DNA of 64,000 bases from Felis catus (GCF_018350175.1 NC_058369.1:27964001-28028000); one strand, 5' to 3'; shown: positions 1-14,130, counted from the stretch's first letter. Numbers and translations: made by a program. The notes: generated from the sequence alone by a model not told the origin.

Positions 1-914
1 CTGGAACCTTGAAGCTATCGTCTACATGAGAATGGTACTTTAAAGATTACTTGAATGTGTTTTCTGAAAGTATGGAATGATCAATTCATTTTTAAAACCC
101 TTAATGTAACAGTACTCTTACTTTGCCTGACAGATGACAAGGCTCAGGAAAGGCAAAGATCAGAACTTGCGGGAACAAAAATAAAGTTGGCACCAGATTC
201 ACTTCCCCTTCATGCCAACCCTTTCTTCTCCCTTATCATACAACAAAGCAAAAAGAAAAGTATTGAATATGAAAACCAGAGAGATTTCCCATGACTGAGC
301 CTTGGCAAGTACAAATGCATTAGTAATGGAGCTGATTCCTGTGACCTTTTCAATTATGATAATCCCTCAAAGAAAATTAAAACCATTTTCTAAAACATGG
401 TCCAAGGAGTTCCACAGATAATTGAAGAAAACATTTAGGAACATCCCTGGCATTTTTTTTTTAAGTACGTACATACTTAACACACATCTGTTCTACTCTA
501 CAGCTTTTCCAGGCATGATTATTCGTGAACAAAAGGTCAACGTAACTTGAAAGAGATTTTTTAAAAGCCTATGGTTTCCAGAAATGTTGCCCTTCATTTC
601 TCTTTTATACATATTATATCTTGAAATGGGAAGATCTAAAAAGAGGGGGGCTATATACTGGTTATTGCCTCCCAAGGATTTGTTAGTCAAATGACCAATT
701 AATACTTCACTAAAAGGTATCCTTCTGTTTTGGATATGACAAATATGTGAAGTGACATTAGAGTCCCCAGGATTTCCACTGGATTTCTAGTGAGCAAAAG
801 TTTCCCCAAAGCATGGAAACAAGTATACATACAACTTTATTTACAGTTACATTATTCACAAAGTTCACTTGTGCCAAATTCCCACTTAATGAATAAGCAG
901 ACTACATATATACA

Positions 915-1063
915 TATTTTAAGTAGGTTTCACACCCAGCACAAAGCCCAATGCAGGGATGGAATTCACAATCCCAAGATCAAGACCTGAGCTGATATCA
1001 AGAGTTGGATTACTGAACCACCAAGCTAGTTGGATTACTAGTTTACTGAACCACCAAACATCT
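915..1063 (-). mobile_element. Old Can-SINE (short type without CT tract), rearranged 5' end
   Basis: Reverse-complement SINE motif 'caagatcaagacctgagctgatatcaagagttgg'; approximate TSD aataagcaga on both sides. Confidence 0.8.
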
Positions 1064-1179
1064 CAATAAGCAGATAATATTTAAGGAAATCAAAGATCAC
1101 ATCATTGTCGTACTTGAATCAAGTGATTTCAATTTAGAGTCGAGAAGGAAAGTCAAGTTTATAGACACAATATCCAAGA

Positions 1180-1360
1180 AGCTGAGGCTTTCATCTTCTA
1201 CTCTGTCCATCCTCTTATTTGTCTTCTGACACTTAGCTGGGCAGTTAACCAATTGGAGTCCCAATTTCTCAAGGGTAAAATGAAAATATTGACATATGTC
1301 ACAGCAGACTTCAAACAGTGCTATCATAAGGATTGAATAAACTAACAGATATGAAAAGGT
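1180..1360 (+). mobile_element. MIR fragment
   Basis: Degenerate MIR core 'ctgggcagttaaccaattggagtcccaatttctcaagggtaaaatgaaaata'. Confidence 0.55.
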
Positions 1361-3189
1361 TTTAAAAATTATACGATATGATGGAAACAAGATAATGGTG
1401 TTACAATTACTGGTTCTCATGTGCAGAGTTAGATTTTCAGTATGAGTAAGCATGTATCTACCACAGCAGATATGAGACAAGTTATACTGCACGGGAAACT
1501 ATAACATGGATTTTGATCAATAGAAGCCATTCTATTGCTTTCTGATTTTTCTAAGAGAAAATTGGAGAGGATGAAAGAAAAAAAAAAAGAAAGGTCTCTG
1601 TTTCAAATTTTTATTTCTGTTGCACATACCTAGTAAGAAGCAGTTATGTAGCTATTAAGTTACACTTGCAATAAACATACAAACAAACCCTTTGAATTCC
1701 ATCAACAGAAGATCAGCCTAAAACACACACCACAAAGGATATGAAATGGCTAGTGAAGACTTCAAAATCAGGATTATGACCCTGGATTTCACTAGGAATG
1801 TGTTCTATCGTGAAAGCTCAAGCACACAGAAAACATCGTGGGAATACAAATAACTATCACATAAAAGAACACTTTGCCTTCATTTGAGCATAATTTCATT
1901 TTTATCCAATTCAAATATCACAGAACAAAGAACTAGAAGGAAGAGGGATGATAAAAGCCCGGCACTTGGGATAGAAGTGGTTGTGCACAGAGACTGGAAA
2001 GGACAGAGCAGCCCGGGTTCCTTTGTTTGTGGAAACAAAGTCCCCAACAGCTGGCAGGAAGCAGGAAGATGGTGTCTTTGCAATTCACTTCAAAACTTAT
2101 TAGCAACCCTCAGATCCAAGAGTTATAACTCCCTTGAAACAAACAGTGGGAAATGGGGAATAAGTGATCTCTTTTGGAGAAAAGAATCGTTTAAAATGGT
2201 GAAAATATGTCAGGGTTTTCTCACAGAGGAGGAAATGAGGAACCTAATTATTTCAGGACTCACAGGGACCTCTTATTACAAAGCAGGCTTATTTGTAACA
2301 AATCTAGAAGCAAATATTCCTTCATGAAAACTCACCACAGTGCGTACTTTTTAAGCACTGAAACTACTTATGCACTTGCAATGTTTTAGGGAAATGCAGG
2401 AGGCAGAAGTCACTTCAGCAAGGAAGTTCAAACACACATTGTCTGTGCATTCTGTTTCTTAAAGGAATCCCCTGCAACTTCTTCTTAAATTCGGTGTGAC
2501 CATTCCCAAAGGTAGTGTCAATGGGATTCTCATTTTTTATTAGATGCCAAGGAAAATAACAGGGTTCACAGATATTAGAAAATTTATCAAATGGCAAGCT
2601 GGGAGGTGTAGCCCCATTCTAAACATCATTCCTTCTCCCTGATATCTTCATTGCTTTTGTCCAACAATGATGCACAAATTGTAAGCATAATGAAGCTGCC
2701 TATTTATTTGTCAGATTCCCCCAATGGTCAGCAAGCTCCAGGTGGCCCATATTTTCCACTTACATCCCCAATGTCACCACTGTGCCTCATACACAGAAAA
2801 AACCTCCAATCAAATTGGCTATTTTAATTATCATTTCCTAGGCATTATTTAAAATTAGATTTATATTGAAAATCTTGAGTTTCCTAGGAGTTGTCAATTC
2901 TCTCTTCACAAGTTTCTGGTGATTAGAAACGAGTATGTTTATATAAATATGTTTACATAATGAATATGTAAGCAAAGATATTTACTTACGTATATTACAG
3001 ATGGGACAAGAAAAAATGTCTACATTAAGATAGAATCTTCCTTCTAATCGATAGCATTTTGCCTTTTCCATGAAGGTTGAAAGAAAAAGAGAAGCAATAG
3101 ATTATAATAGTAGAGAGAAAAAAAAAAGGTGGTAGAGAAGCAAGTTCCCATCAAGAAATCACCTGGAAAGAGTTAAAAATGCCAATTCT

Positions 3190-3368
3190 GGGGTGCCTGG
3201 AGTGGATCAGTCGGTTAAGCATCACAGTCTTGATTTTGGCTTAGGTCATGATCTTATGGTTCATGAGATAGAGCCCGGAGTGAGGTTCGTGTTGACAAAA
3301 TAGAACCTGCTTAAGATTCTCTCTTTCTTCCTTCCTTGCCCCCCAAAATAAATAAACTTAAAAATAAA
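3190..3368 (+). mobile_element. Can-SINE
   Basis: GGGGTGCCTGG head, tRNA-like body, CT tract, AATAAA/A tail; TSD gccaattc. Confidence 0.9.
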
Positions 3369-4059
3369 GCCAATTCCGCAGACCCATCCTCAGATAGGTA
3401 CCCTATATTTCTGAGCACTGGGGAAAAGAGATGAGCTACAAATATTCATAGTTAAGTAGAAGTTAGCTTTTCTTGCTTTTTATTTTCACAACAAAAGGGA
3501 TTATAAAAAAGGAAGAAGTTGGGATTACTAGAATTATATTTCATTATTCTCCTGATCACTATCACCTTCAGTAATTTAGTAGTTCATTATTGTTATTTAC
3601 CTAAGTTTACAAAGAATTTAATATGCTTCTTAGCTTCTAGGTAGAGATGAATTTTGGTAACACAATCACTGGTTAGGAAAATTGAAATAACAACATAATC
3701 ATTATAAAAGGAGACTGTCGTTACACTGATGAATAATATTGGGGAACTAAAAAAATAAACATGTCTGCATGTCATATTTTCTTTCTTCTCACTATCCCTA
3801 ATATCAGAATGTATATGAGGTTGTCACCCAAAACCAAAGAAAACCTTGTAGCATCACGTGGTCAATTTTCCTATCTGTGGTAGAGCATGTCAAATAAAAT
3901 AGAGATTTTACTTATTTTTCACAGCAAATTCATTTGAAATCCTGCAACGTCACCAGTTGGCTTAAAATTCTGTGTTCTATTCCTAAATCACTTCTCAGTA
4001 CTTAAATGTTTTTTGTTGTTGTTATTTATTTAAAATATCTAAACCTTTCTGGATGTTTA

Positions 4060-4215
4060 TTCTTCTGCAAAGTACCTATTACCAGCAGGAATGCCATCTA
4101 TCTGTGTGTTTGCTTGCCTCTCCTAACCCATATAACCTTGAAGAGAAGAAGGACATAACTTCCTTCACTGTTGTAACTTCGCTCCTAGAACCAGTGCTAA
4201 GCAGACAGCAGGTGT
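4060..4215 (+). mobile_element. L2 3' fragment
   Basis: Resembles L2 3' end ('ttcactgttgtaacttcgctcctagaaccagtgctaagcagacagcaggtg'). Confidence 0.55.
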
Positions 4216-4914
4216 ATGGCAGTGGTGGGTGTTAGATAACCCCAACTGGGTCAGATAAACCTCAGTATCACTTTAGTGCTTCCTTAGTCATTGTGTTCTT
4301 GACTGTTGGCTGAGTGTGTGACTGCCTGAAATAAAGACCACATCCTCTAATCTTAAACTGACTGACTTTGCCCCTTCTTTCCTCTTTCCTCCCTTCTGGT
4401 GGCTAAATTGTGGACGTACAGGCTGAAAAGTTCCATGGGACGGCATTAAATTAGATTGCTTCTCCTTTCAGTACAAACACATGTGTTCACATACACACAT
4501 GTACATACAGACATGCACACACAACCAACCACTTTCTCACACTCCTCCTTTTTTCTCAACACATTGACAGAGTAGGAGAGACTTGATTCTCTAAGCTGGT
4601 AGGTCTTTCCTTGAATCAAGAAGCAATGTTTTCAAGTGAACCACAATGGCCTCAAATTGACTTTCTCGGGCCAACACTATGACATCAGTACTTAATCAAG
4701 AACTGACACATTTAGACTTGGGATGCTCATATTTAACTCTGCATGTGAAGCAAATGGGTTATTATTACTTTTCTCTTCTCTTTCTCTACTTTCAGTCACA
4801 TGGTTGCTATTATTCACATAGAAACAAAGGGTTGTCCCCAGGCATTGGCATTTTGCCCATGTGGATGACTAACTGGTTAAGTGATACCCATAAAACACTG
4901 AAAAAAGTAACAAT

Positions 4915-5043
4915 TTTCTTTTTAAGTAGGCTTCACACCCCGCATGGAGCCCAACGTGGGGCTTCAACTCAACACCCTAAAATCATGACCTGAGCTGAGA
5001 TCAGGAGTCGGACTCTTAACCAACTAAGCCACCCAGACACCCC
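4915..5043 (-). mobile_element. Old Can-SINE (short type)
   Basis: 'atcatgacctgagctgagatcaggagtcggactcttaaccaactaagccacccagacacccc' is the reverse complement of the SINE head. Confidence 0.85.
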
Positions 5044-8000
5044 ACAACTCAATGTTATTTAGTCATTCATTCAACAGCTGAACAAAACTGACTTGGACTT
5101 TGCATCCATCAGGTTTATTTTCTACCAGAGAAAACAAACGAAAATACAATACTTTTCTTCATAGAATCGGACACAACTGGAAAATAAAATAGTTTGACCA
5201 ACAACTAGTTATGGGGAAGCGGGGAGTGGAGGTGAAGGATAGCACGTGCCTGTGCTTTACACATTGTATACACCAAGGTTAAAATCATGTCCTTCTGTGA
5301 GCTCAATAAATGGCTATGTCTTTTGACTAAATTCCATCTGCTGCTCTAAGCTACTGAACTCCTTTAGAAATAGAGGTAACATCTCTTATTTAATCTACAA
5401 ATACCAGTTCAATGGCAGAAACTGTTATCTTGAACAGGGTAACATCTCCAGCGCTGAAGAATGATAACCGCCCTCCTTACACTCTGGAGATGTCACCTTA
5501 CATTAGTGGCAAGTGATGCTCTGCGTCCTTTGACAGTATTATTCCACCACCAAGTTTTATAATCAACTTTTACTTTTTTTTTTTTTTAAGCCAGGAGAGG
5601 AGATAAAGAATCGATGAGATGTCAACACAGAACAGACACACAGGACCAGATGTAGTCTCTAAATAATGTTCTACATGAGTCACTAGGGAGGGCTGAAATA
5701 ATTTATTCTAGGAATCCTGACAGGTACCGTCATCTACACTCTGTTAAGTGGTTTAACATTGTTTAAAAAAAAAAAAAACTTAAGATGGGTCTTACACCAT
5801 TCACCTTCATTTCCACCACTTAAGGAAATTCAATCAAAGGCTGAATTTAAAGACACCACTTCTTATCAAATCAAGATATCGAAGGTGCCTTTTCTGATCA
5901 TAGCAATTATCAGAAAATTCAGATGTAGTGATGGCACTAAAAATAAAATGTGATATATCTTCAACTCTTCATTCCAATGTTCAACATTTCAATTATTATA
6001 CTTATTTCACTCTATAAAACAGCAAAGAGGATACTTTCTGTAGGATATACACACATATGTATATCATATAAAAGTGTATATAAACACATATATACATGTA
6101 TAGATCTATATACATACACACATATATACATACAGAGTGAAAAAGAGATTTCTATTTTTTGTTTAAATAAAGGGATGAAGAAGAAACGTCACACTATTGT
6201 TACTTTCCAAGTATAAATAATTTCCCAGTATCGCTAATCTTCAAAGTTATACTGAATTATTCATTTAAAATCTTATTAAAACTAGATATTTAAGTAATAC
6301 CTCTGAAAATAACTCAGAATAATGCAACACAATAATCATATACCCATCACAGAAATTCATGGTGATTAAAAGTAAATAGCTTTTGGACTGAATGATTTCT
6401 CTTTATGAGTGTCAACATCACTTAATCTCTGTTGCCAAAAAAGCCACAAAATTCTAAAGCAACTTCTTTCTGAAATGAGACCTCAAGGAAAAGCTTAATC
6501 TTTAAGATCATCTCCAGTGTTCTGAATTGTGCACAACAGTATTTACTACATGTGCTGCTGGTTTTATGAGACAAACTACAAAAAACATCTTGAATGGGAG
6601 TTTTATTTAAAATTCTCTGTATTTCACATTTAGTTTTTAAAGCAAAAGATCTTGAGTTTGATCAGCTTGGCTTTTTAGTTATACTTATTTTAAAATATGC
6701 TAAGATATTCCTGACACCTCAAAAGAACAAATTATTACTGTCTGTCAACTCATTTTTAGGAAAGCTATATCATAAAAAATGTATAGCTTCATATAATTAA
6801 AAAAATTCAAGCAGTGTGCATTGACTAAAGTAATATGGACTATTAAATAATTCAAAATTGTGTTTAGCAGCAGCAGCTGTTTAATTAAAAGGTAAAAACT
6901 GAAACTAATCCACTATGGTTGACAGAAATACAGCCTTATCAGTAGTTAGATCCCTTAGGATAGAGAATATGGATATGAATTCAAGAAATCATGAGCTTCA
7001 TTTAATGAATATAATGAAAATAACGACAATAAATCTGTACAGAAACATATTTTACATCAAAGATTTTCTGGATGTTGCTTCACGTTTAATTTCCTTGAGG
7101 CTAATAATTTTGCATTTCAATGTAGCAAAAAAAAACCCACCCAAAACCCTTTAATATACATATTGTTAACCATCAGTGCATATAGCTTTTATTAGAGGCA
7201 CTACAGCTTAAGCTCAGCTCACAAGGTGACGAGAAAAATTCTCAGAACCAGTTAATCTCTTCAATGTTCTGAACTCCCAACTCAATACTCAACACACTTT
7301 CTCATAATCATCCTTTAACTAGGAGAAACACACCAGGCAAATAACTGCATAAAGTTAACCAACTTCACCCGCAAATGATTAACTGAACTCTACAACTCTG
7401 TGAACATTTCTTTTCACCTAATATATTAGGGGGAAAACACTTTGGTAAGTGAAAAAAGAAACTAGCGACAGGATGATGTAAGTATTTACGAAGAATAATT
7501 AAACAATATGCAGAATATTCCCATCCTTAGATCAAGATTTTCTAATCCCAATCAGTTTTCTTCAGAAACAATAATACATATGGGCATTACTTTATGTACA
7601 AATAAACTTACTGCAGAAATGTTTTGAGTATCAGGAAAAAATTAGAAATATAAATCTCATACTGGAAACTTACCAAAAAATTAGGTGTCAATCACACAAT
7701 AACTATAATAAGCCCATTAAAAAGAAGTAGACAAAACTATTCAAATGTATTACATTCTATGTCACAAGAAAAGAAAATTATTGAAAAGTAAGTACATTTT
7801 TATGACACAAATTACAGGACCAAAGGACAAAAAGCTAAACATTATTTTTTTTGCTTTTGCTTATGTTAAAAAGTAAAATGTGTTAATTCATTCCATCAAC
7901 ATATGCTAAAAAATGCTTATTTTTATATTGGAAATTTCTAGTTTACCTTGGCCGTAATTCAGACAAGAGATTGGAAAAGTATGGAGTCAAGTAGACCAAT

Positions 8001-8749
8001 GAGAGAATCATTGTAGTAACACAGGCAAGTGAGGTAGAAATGAAAATGGAAAGTAGAAAGGTACAAAAGGTAGATAAATGAATTATTTTTGAGCAGTTAC
8101 AGTGAAATGAAGTATATATATCCTTGAACAGGTAAAAAATGAAACCATTTCTATAGACTTTCTTTATTTCCACAAAGGGAAGGAAAAAAAGTCTTCATAA
8201 AATGGCAGGGGAGAAAGGAGGAAAAGGGGAAGTGTCCCTCTCCTACTTTACAAATGAGCAATAGTTCACAAGTTTTTTTAACATTCATATCAAATGTCCA
8301 GTGGATTTTATTTATTTGCAAACTATGGGGCCAGCAGAGCAGAAAGTGGGAGTCCTTGATTAGAACAGGTGGCAGAGAGTCGCAAGATGAATATCGGGCA
8401 CAATTCTATCCTGTGCCAAAAATTACAGACTTGAACTATGGAAGCATTTTAAGGGTGAGGTAACAGTCTCCAAGTAGGCATCTCTTGAGTGGAGTTCAAA
8501 CTCCATGGTCATGTTTGTTAAATTATGTTAATTCTATTTAATGTGCATCAGTTGCAATTTACCAACATACAAATTACTGAAATTCCCTATACAACCTACA
8601 AATCTCTTTCTGCAGTTAAGACAAATTCTTTCCCTGCTAAGTGGTCCTGTTTCTCTTACTGGGGTTTGGAAATAACAGTTTAATAAGTGTTATGATATTA
8701 GGATGACTTAACATATGGCAGAAAAACACTTACATAGGCAGAACGCTAA

Positions 8750-9055
8750 GGAATTTCAGGGCAGTGAAACTACTCTATATGATACTACAATGGTAGATGC
8801 ATGTCATTATACATTTGTCAAAACCCATAGAAGATACAAGACCAAAACTGAACCCTAAGGTAAACTGCAGACTTTGGGTAATAATGATGTGTCAGTGCAG
8901 GTTCATCGATTCTAACAACCTATCACTCTAGTGGGAGATGTTGATAATGGAGGTGATGCATGTGTAGAGGCAGGAGATATGTGGAAAATCTCTGGACCTT
9001 CTGCTCAATTTTGCCAGGAGTCTAAAACTGCTCTAAAAAATAGTCTGTTAAAAAT
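8750..9055 (+). mobile_element. L1 3' UTR fragment (L1MC-like)
   Basis: 'gggcagtgaaactactctatatgatactacaatggtagatgcatgtcattatacatttgtcaaaacccatagaa ... tctaaaactgctctaaaaaatag' resembles the L1MC 3' end. Confidence 0.8.
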
Positions 9056-9264
9056 ACATATATAGCAATAGAAATGTATTAAAATTTTTCTGCTGTGAAA
9101 AAACTTGAGTTTACAAAGTGAAACATTTGGGCATGCATATCTAAAAATAGCAGTCATCTTATCTTAAAGTTCATGATAATCATTTGCACTCAGCTTCTGA
9201 TTGTCAATTATACAGCTCTGCGCAAACGGGCAACTTTTGATGCAGTGAAGTCGTAACTTACCAC

Positions 9265-9420
9265 CTATGTGGCCTTGGGCAAATTCCATAATATCCTCTG
9301 CCTCAGTTCCTTCACTTAGAAAATGGGATACATAAGGGTACCCCCTTCAGTTGGGGTTCAGTGAAGTGCTTAGCACATAGGAAGGACTTCAGAAATATAA
9401 ACTCCTTTTGTTATTATTGA
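9265..9420 (+). mobile_element. MIR
   Basis: 'tgtggccttgggcaaatt...ctctgcctcagttccttcacttagaaaatgggata...aagtgcttagcacatag'. Confidence 0.7.
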
Positions 9421-10126
9421 CCACAACTTAAGGCCGGTAAATCTCCTTTATTTTTATCAATATCACATCAAGTGGTCATAGAAGAAAATACGGCACCTTC
9501 AGAATAAATAGGCAATGTTTGAAATTCATTACTTCAGTGTAGAATTTTTACTGGTTTTCAAATTGTAGTCAGACTTATTCAGCATAATAAACCACTAGAT
9601 GAATTACTTATAACTCTATCCAGAAATTGTAATTCTTCAGTGTGTGATTCTTCATCTACATTCGAGGCTACCTAGCTGCAAAAAAGGCCTCAAGATAAAT
9701 AATTTCAGCTGCTCCCCCCTAAGAGTTTAAAATCTACTCTCTGGTTCATTCTTTGATATAGGAAACTTCCAAAAGCGATTTGCCGATGATAACAAATTTA
9801 TGTTCAGGAATAATATTCCTGATCTAATATGACATAATAAATAATTCAGAAGTTTCACATTATCAGGGAATTACATTTAGGAGATCAACTGGGGATCTCT
9901 GTAATGAGAAGCATTCACCTTGCTAGAGGAATGCTACTCTGCATTTAATCTTATAATATTCCCTTCAGGGTGTACAAGACAGCTTGTGGGAAAATAGAAT
10001 GATTCTTGACTCTTTCAGAAACAAAGAGAGAGAGAGACAGAGAGAGAAGGCAGGTAAAGGACATAGTGACATTTAGATTCCATTTGAATTCTAAAGTACT
10101 GACTGAACTTTAAAAATTTTCCATTT

Positions 10127-10339
10127 GGGGCGCCTGGGTGGCGCAGTCAGTGAAGCGTCCGACTTCAGCCAGGTCACGATCTCGCGGTCCGTGAGTTCGA
10201 GCCCCGCGTCAGGCTCTGGGCTGATGGCTCAGAGCCTGGAGCCTGCTTCCGATTCTGTGTCTCCCTCTCTCTCTACCCCTCCCCCGTTCATGCTCTGTCT
10301 CTCTCTGTCCCAAAAATAAATAAACGTTGAAAAAAAAAT
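10127..10339 (+). mobile_element. Young felid Can-SINE (SINEC_Fc-like)
   Basis: CpG-rich intact copy; perfect TSD taaaaattttccattt at 10111-10126 and 10340-10355. Confidence 0.97.
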
Positions 10340-10564
10340 TAAAAATTTTCCATTTGAAGAAATTCTGAAAATGTGTCACAAGTGGGCATGAACTATGGTA
10401 GAGCTTGCTACTTAAGATAGGGTGCTGAAGAATGGTCACAATTGTTTGGCCTAAATGGTTGGTGTTTAGGTGTTTGTTCTACGATTCTTGCAACTTTCCT
10501 TATGTTTGACAATTTTTACAACAAAAAGTTGGATGTAAAACCTGTTGCTAAAAAGTTGGGGAAA

Positions 10565-10770
10565 TGGGTGCCTGGATGGCTCAGTTAGTTAAGCATCTGT
10601 CATCAGCTCAGGTCATTATCTTGCAGTTCGTGGATTCCAGCCCTATGTCAGGTTCTGTGCCAACAGCTCAGAGCCTGGATCCTGCTTCGGATTCTGTGTC
10701 TCCCTCTCTCTGCTCCTCTTCTGCTCTTGCTCTCTCTTTGTGTCTCAAAAATAAACATTAAAAAAAATTT
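10565..10770 (+). mobile_element. Can-SINE
   Basis: Head 'gggtgcctggatggctcagttagttaagcatctg', CT tract, 'aaaaataaacattaaaaaaaa'. Confidence 0.93.
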
Positions 10771-10849
10771 TTTTTTAATGCTGGGAAAACAAAATTCTCT
10801 CATTTGACACACCACTATTTATTCATCTCTTGGAAATAGCATGTTCTCT

Positions 10850-11310
10850 TCCCCCACAAAACCCATGTACTCTGGAGGAGGAGGCTGACGCCATCACTTG
10901 GGCCTTCTCAGCTTTCCCACAGGAAGATCAGCAAAATTCTGTGCCCCCGGCCATTTTGATTGGCTCAGGGACAGGAAGAGACTAATGTTGGCCCAATCTG
11001 ATTGAAGCCCAGGATTTCTGTTCAACAGTGGTAGGAAGAAACTTTCCCTTTTCCAACTGAACATGAATGGAGAAAGAGGATGAAGGCCCGTAGCTGGGAG
11101 TAACCGTGTTAAAACCATGATCACACAGTCTGTTGGAGACTGGCTCACTATCAAGGAAATAGATTTGACAGAGACAAAGAGAGAGACCCCAATAAAGCTA
11201 CACCTAAAGCCAAATCTAGCATAATACTTCTCAATCATGTGAGTCAATAAATTCCATTGTTTGCTTAAGGTAGAACGGTCCTTTTTTTTTCCTTTTGGTG
11301 ATTATAAGTG
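10850..11310 (+). mobile_element. ERVL-type solo LTR (LTR16/LTR33-like)
   Basis: 'gattggctcagggac...ggcccaatc' and 3' 'catgtgagtcaataaattccattgtttgcttaag' are typical of LTR16-group elements. Confidence 0.6.
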
Positions 11311-13927
11311 AAATTATTTTAACCTACTAGTAGGCAAGACAAAAATAGTCCGAGCCATGACTAAAGGAGTCCATTTTTTACTTCAAATACTGACACTCTG
11401 AGAGTATTATTGTATCATTTGCTGCCGAATGGAGAGGAAAGTTGGTTCCTAAGGATCCCCTCGGCCAAAAACCAAAAGGAGAAAACATCTGGTAAAGTCA
11501 TGACTGACTTGTCAATGAAGTTCAGCAGCAGCAACATCTCCTTAAAAACGGATCTTTTCTCACCACTGGGTATTTATATAATTAGGGTCAATTACAACTT
11601 AGAATATCTGGGCATGGGGCTAAATTACAGTGACATTTAAGAACTCTGCTAAATTTCCCCATTCATCTTGAAGATTTCTGGAGTAACTATGTTGTAATTA
11701 AGTCATTTTATTCTTTTCACTTTTATTATAATTTTCTTCTTCAGGCTTGGTAATTACCCACTATTCCAGGGTACCTTCCTTTAGAGGGGGAAAAAAAAGA
11801 CCACCCAATTTTCAACCAACATTTAGAGGAGATTTTGCTGCCTGCTGAGTGATGAATGCTGATGTGCACAGCAACCTCTAAATGGTAACTCCAATGAGAT
11901 TCTTTAAGTTCCCACCTCCCCCAAAACCCAGAGGCTCCCAGAAAATTATTAAATTGCCTGAGTAGGTAATCAAAAACAAAACAAAAAGTGAAACCTGACA
12001 TTATGATTATTCAGCATCTTTTACACAAGAGGTAATATTTTAAGTAGCCCCTGGGAAATGTGCAAAGTCTATTACTTGCCTGTGGGTTTTACATATGCCT
12101 TACCAGTACAGATTTTATGAAGACATCCCTTCTGAGCTTTGTGCAACAGAGAGGAAAGATAGCTCTCATTGAATCGAGTTATTCCAGTTGCATTTACTTC
12201 TCACAAAGAAATACATAGCATCCATAAAAAACAGCCAGAGGCCTTTAAATTTTAGGTCAATAGCACTTGGCTATTATATGTTCCTAAGAGAAACTATAAC
12301 AGGTTGTGTTGATGTTCCAGAATATTAGGCTCTCTCTGTAGAAGGAGTAGGAAGGGAACTATGATCATGATTCCACTAACTATCATCAACCACTGTTAAG
12401 TGAGGACTCACTCCATTCAGGCACCCAACCCCCTGGAAGAAAGGTATTATCAACCACATCAGAAAAAAAAAAAATGAGAAAACAGTAAAAAGTTACCTGT
12501 CTGGCCTATAATAATCAAACTCATGAGTGTAGGAACCAAAATTGAAACCCCATCTCTCTGATACCCAAAATTGCATTCAAAACCATATTTCAAGTGTTGA
12601 AACCTGGACATTACAGTAGCTATTCAAATTTCTGACTCCGCGGACAATATAATTCATGTATGTTTCAGGTTTCTCTAAGACCATCTTTGATCAAGTCCAG
12701 ACACTTCTAGTTAGAGATTTCTTGAGTAATCTTACTCTTCTCTAGTGTTTGGGTAACTGATCATGCCATTTCTTCTACAAGGTATACATTTCTTTTCCTT
12801 CCTATTTCTGCCTATAGAAAACTTCTTTATATTTCAAAGCTCTGTTACTCCTTTATTTCACAAGTATTTGTTTGGTGCCAACATTGTGCAAGACATGATA
12901 AACATAAGGCTCCTTCCCTGCATAACCCATAATAATACAGGGCACATGACAGTGTTCCCAAGTTTATGAATGTATTCCATTGCATTCCAAGAACAACCAC
13001 AATACTCACTCTAGAAAATGCATTCTAAAGATAACCAACTAGAATAAAGGGAGAAAACTTTCATTTTATATGTGCCAAACATGTGCCCTGCATTTGCATA
13101 TGCCCCTCATTTAATCATCAGCTATCACGACAAAATTTGCATGGAAGCATATTAATGTATTCATTCAAAAATACTTTTGCAACAGCTACACAGTCTAATA
13201 TGCTGTGTTAGACACGTGAAGCAACACAAAGATAAATCAGGTCACAGGAAATAAAGTCTGCACAATGATCAAAGCAATGGCAGTTCTTCATCTTGGGGTT
13301 TAAAAAGCAATAGATGAGGGTATTTCGATGTCATTTGCTTCTCCATAGTGAAGAAAGATGATTCTTAAGGATTCCTCCAGCTCTAGAAGTTCACAATTGG
13401 TGAAGTTTTGAGGCTCCCCCAGAGCAGGATTTGGATGGCAGTGGACATCTTTATCTCAGCAGCTAGCACTACTGAGCACTAGTGGTTTCTTCAATAAGTA
13501 ACTGAATAAAAGGTATAGATTGTGGCTTCATGGACTTTATCTAGTCTATCACACTGCTAAAGAAGCATAGAATGCTGAAGTATTCAAACTACTTATATTT
13601 CTAAGTTTTCACTTCCATTCCACAATTTAGCAAACTAAAATAACTACCCCCCCAAAAAAGTTAATACATATTTTACTTACCCTTCATGAGTCATTCACAT
13701 TTTGCCTTATCTACTTTCTCTCTTAACCCCACATACACTCACACACACACACATACACACACACCACACTCTGTGGCTATTATTCATCTAAGATGCTCCT
13801 TATTGCAGGATGGCTTGGGTATTTCAGAAAACAAAGACAAAAGGTTTTATCACCCCCACAGAATAGACTGAGACCTAACCTTTGTGTGAGATGTACTTAG
13901 TATATTAAGTAAAATAATCTCTCTTAA

Positions 13928-14130
13928 GGGATGCCTTGGTGGCTCAGTTGGTTAAGCATCCAACTCTTGATTTCGGCTCAGGTCAAGATCTCACGGTTGG
14001 TGAGTTTGAGCCCCATGTCGGGTTCTGCACTGACAGTACTGAGCCTGCTTGGGAGTCTCTCCTTCTCTTTCCACCCCCACCCCACCCTGCTCACGCTCCC
14101 TGTCTCAAAATAAATAAATAAATATTAAAA
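13928..14130 (+). mobile_element. Can-SINE
   Basis: SINE head, body and tail; TSD ctctcttaag. Confidence 0.92.

Noticed and set aside
1884..2327. 147-aa plus-strand ORF
   Set aside because: TTG start, no recognisable protein similarity, no convincing splice context; better explained as enhancer-like noncoding DNA
10125..10439. Recurring peptides such as AQSLEPASDSVSPSLS and FFNVYLFLGQRETEHE
   Set aside because: Translations of Can-SINE sequence, not a gene family
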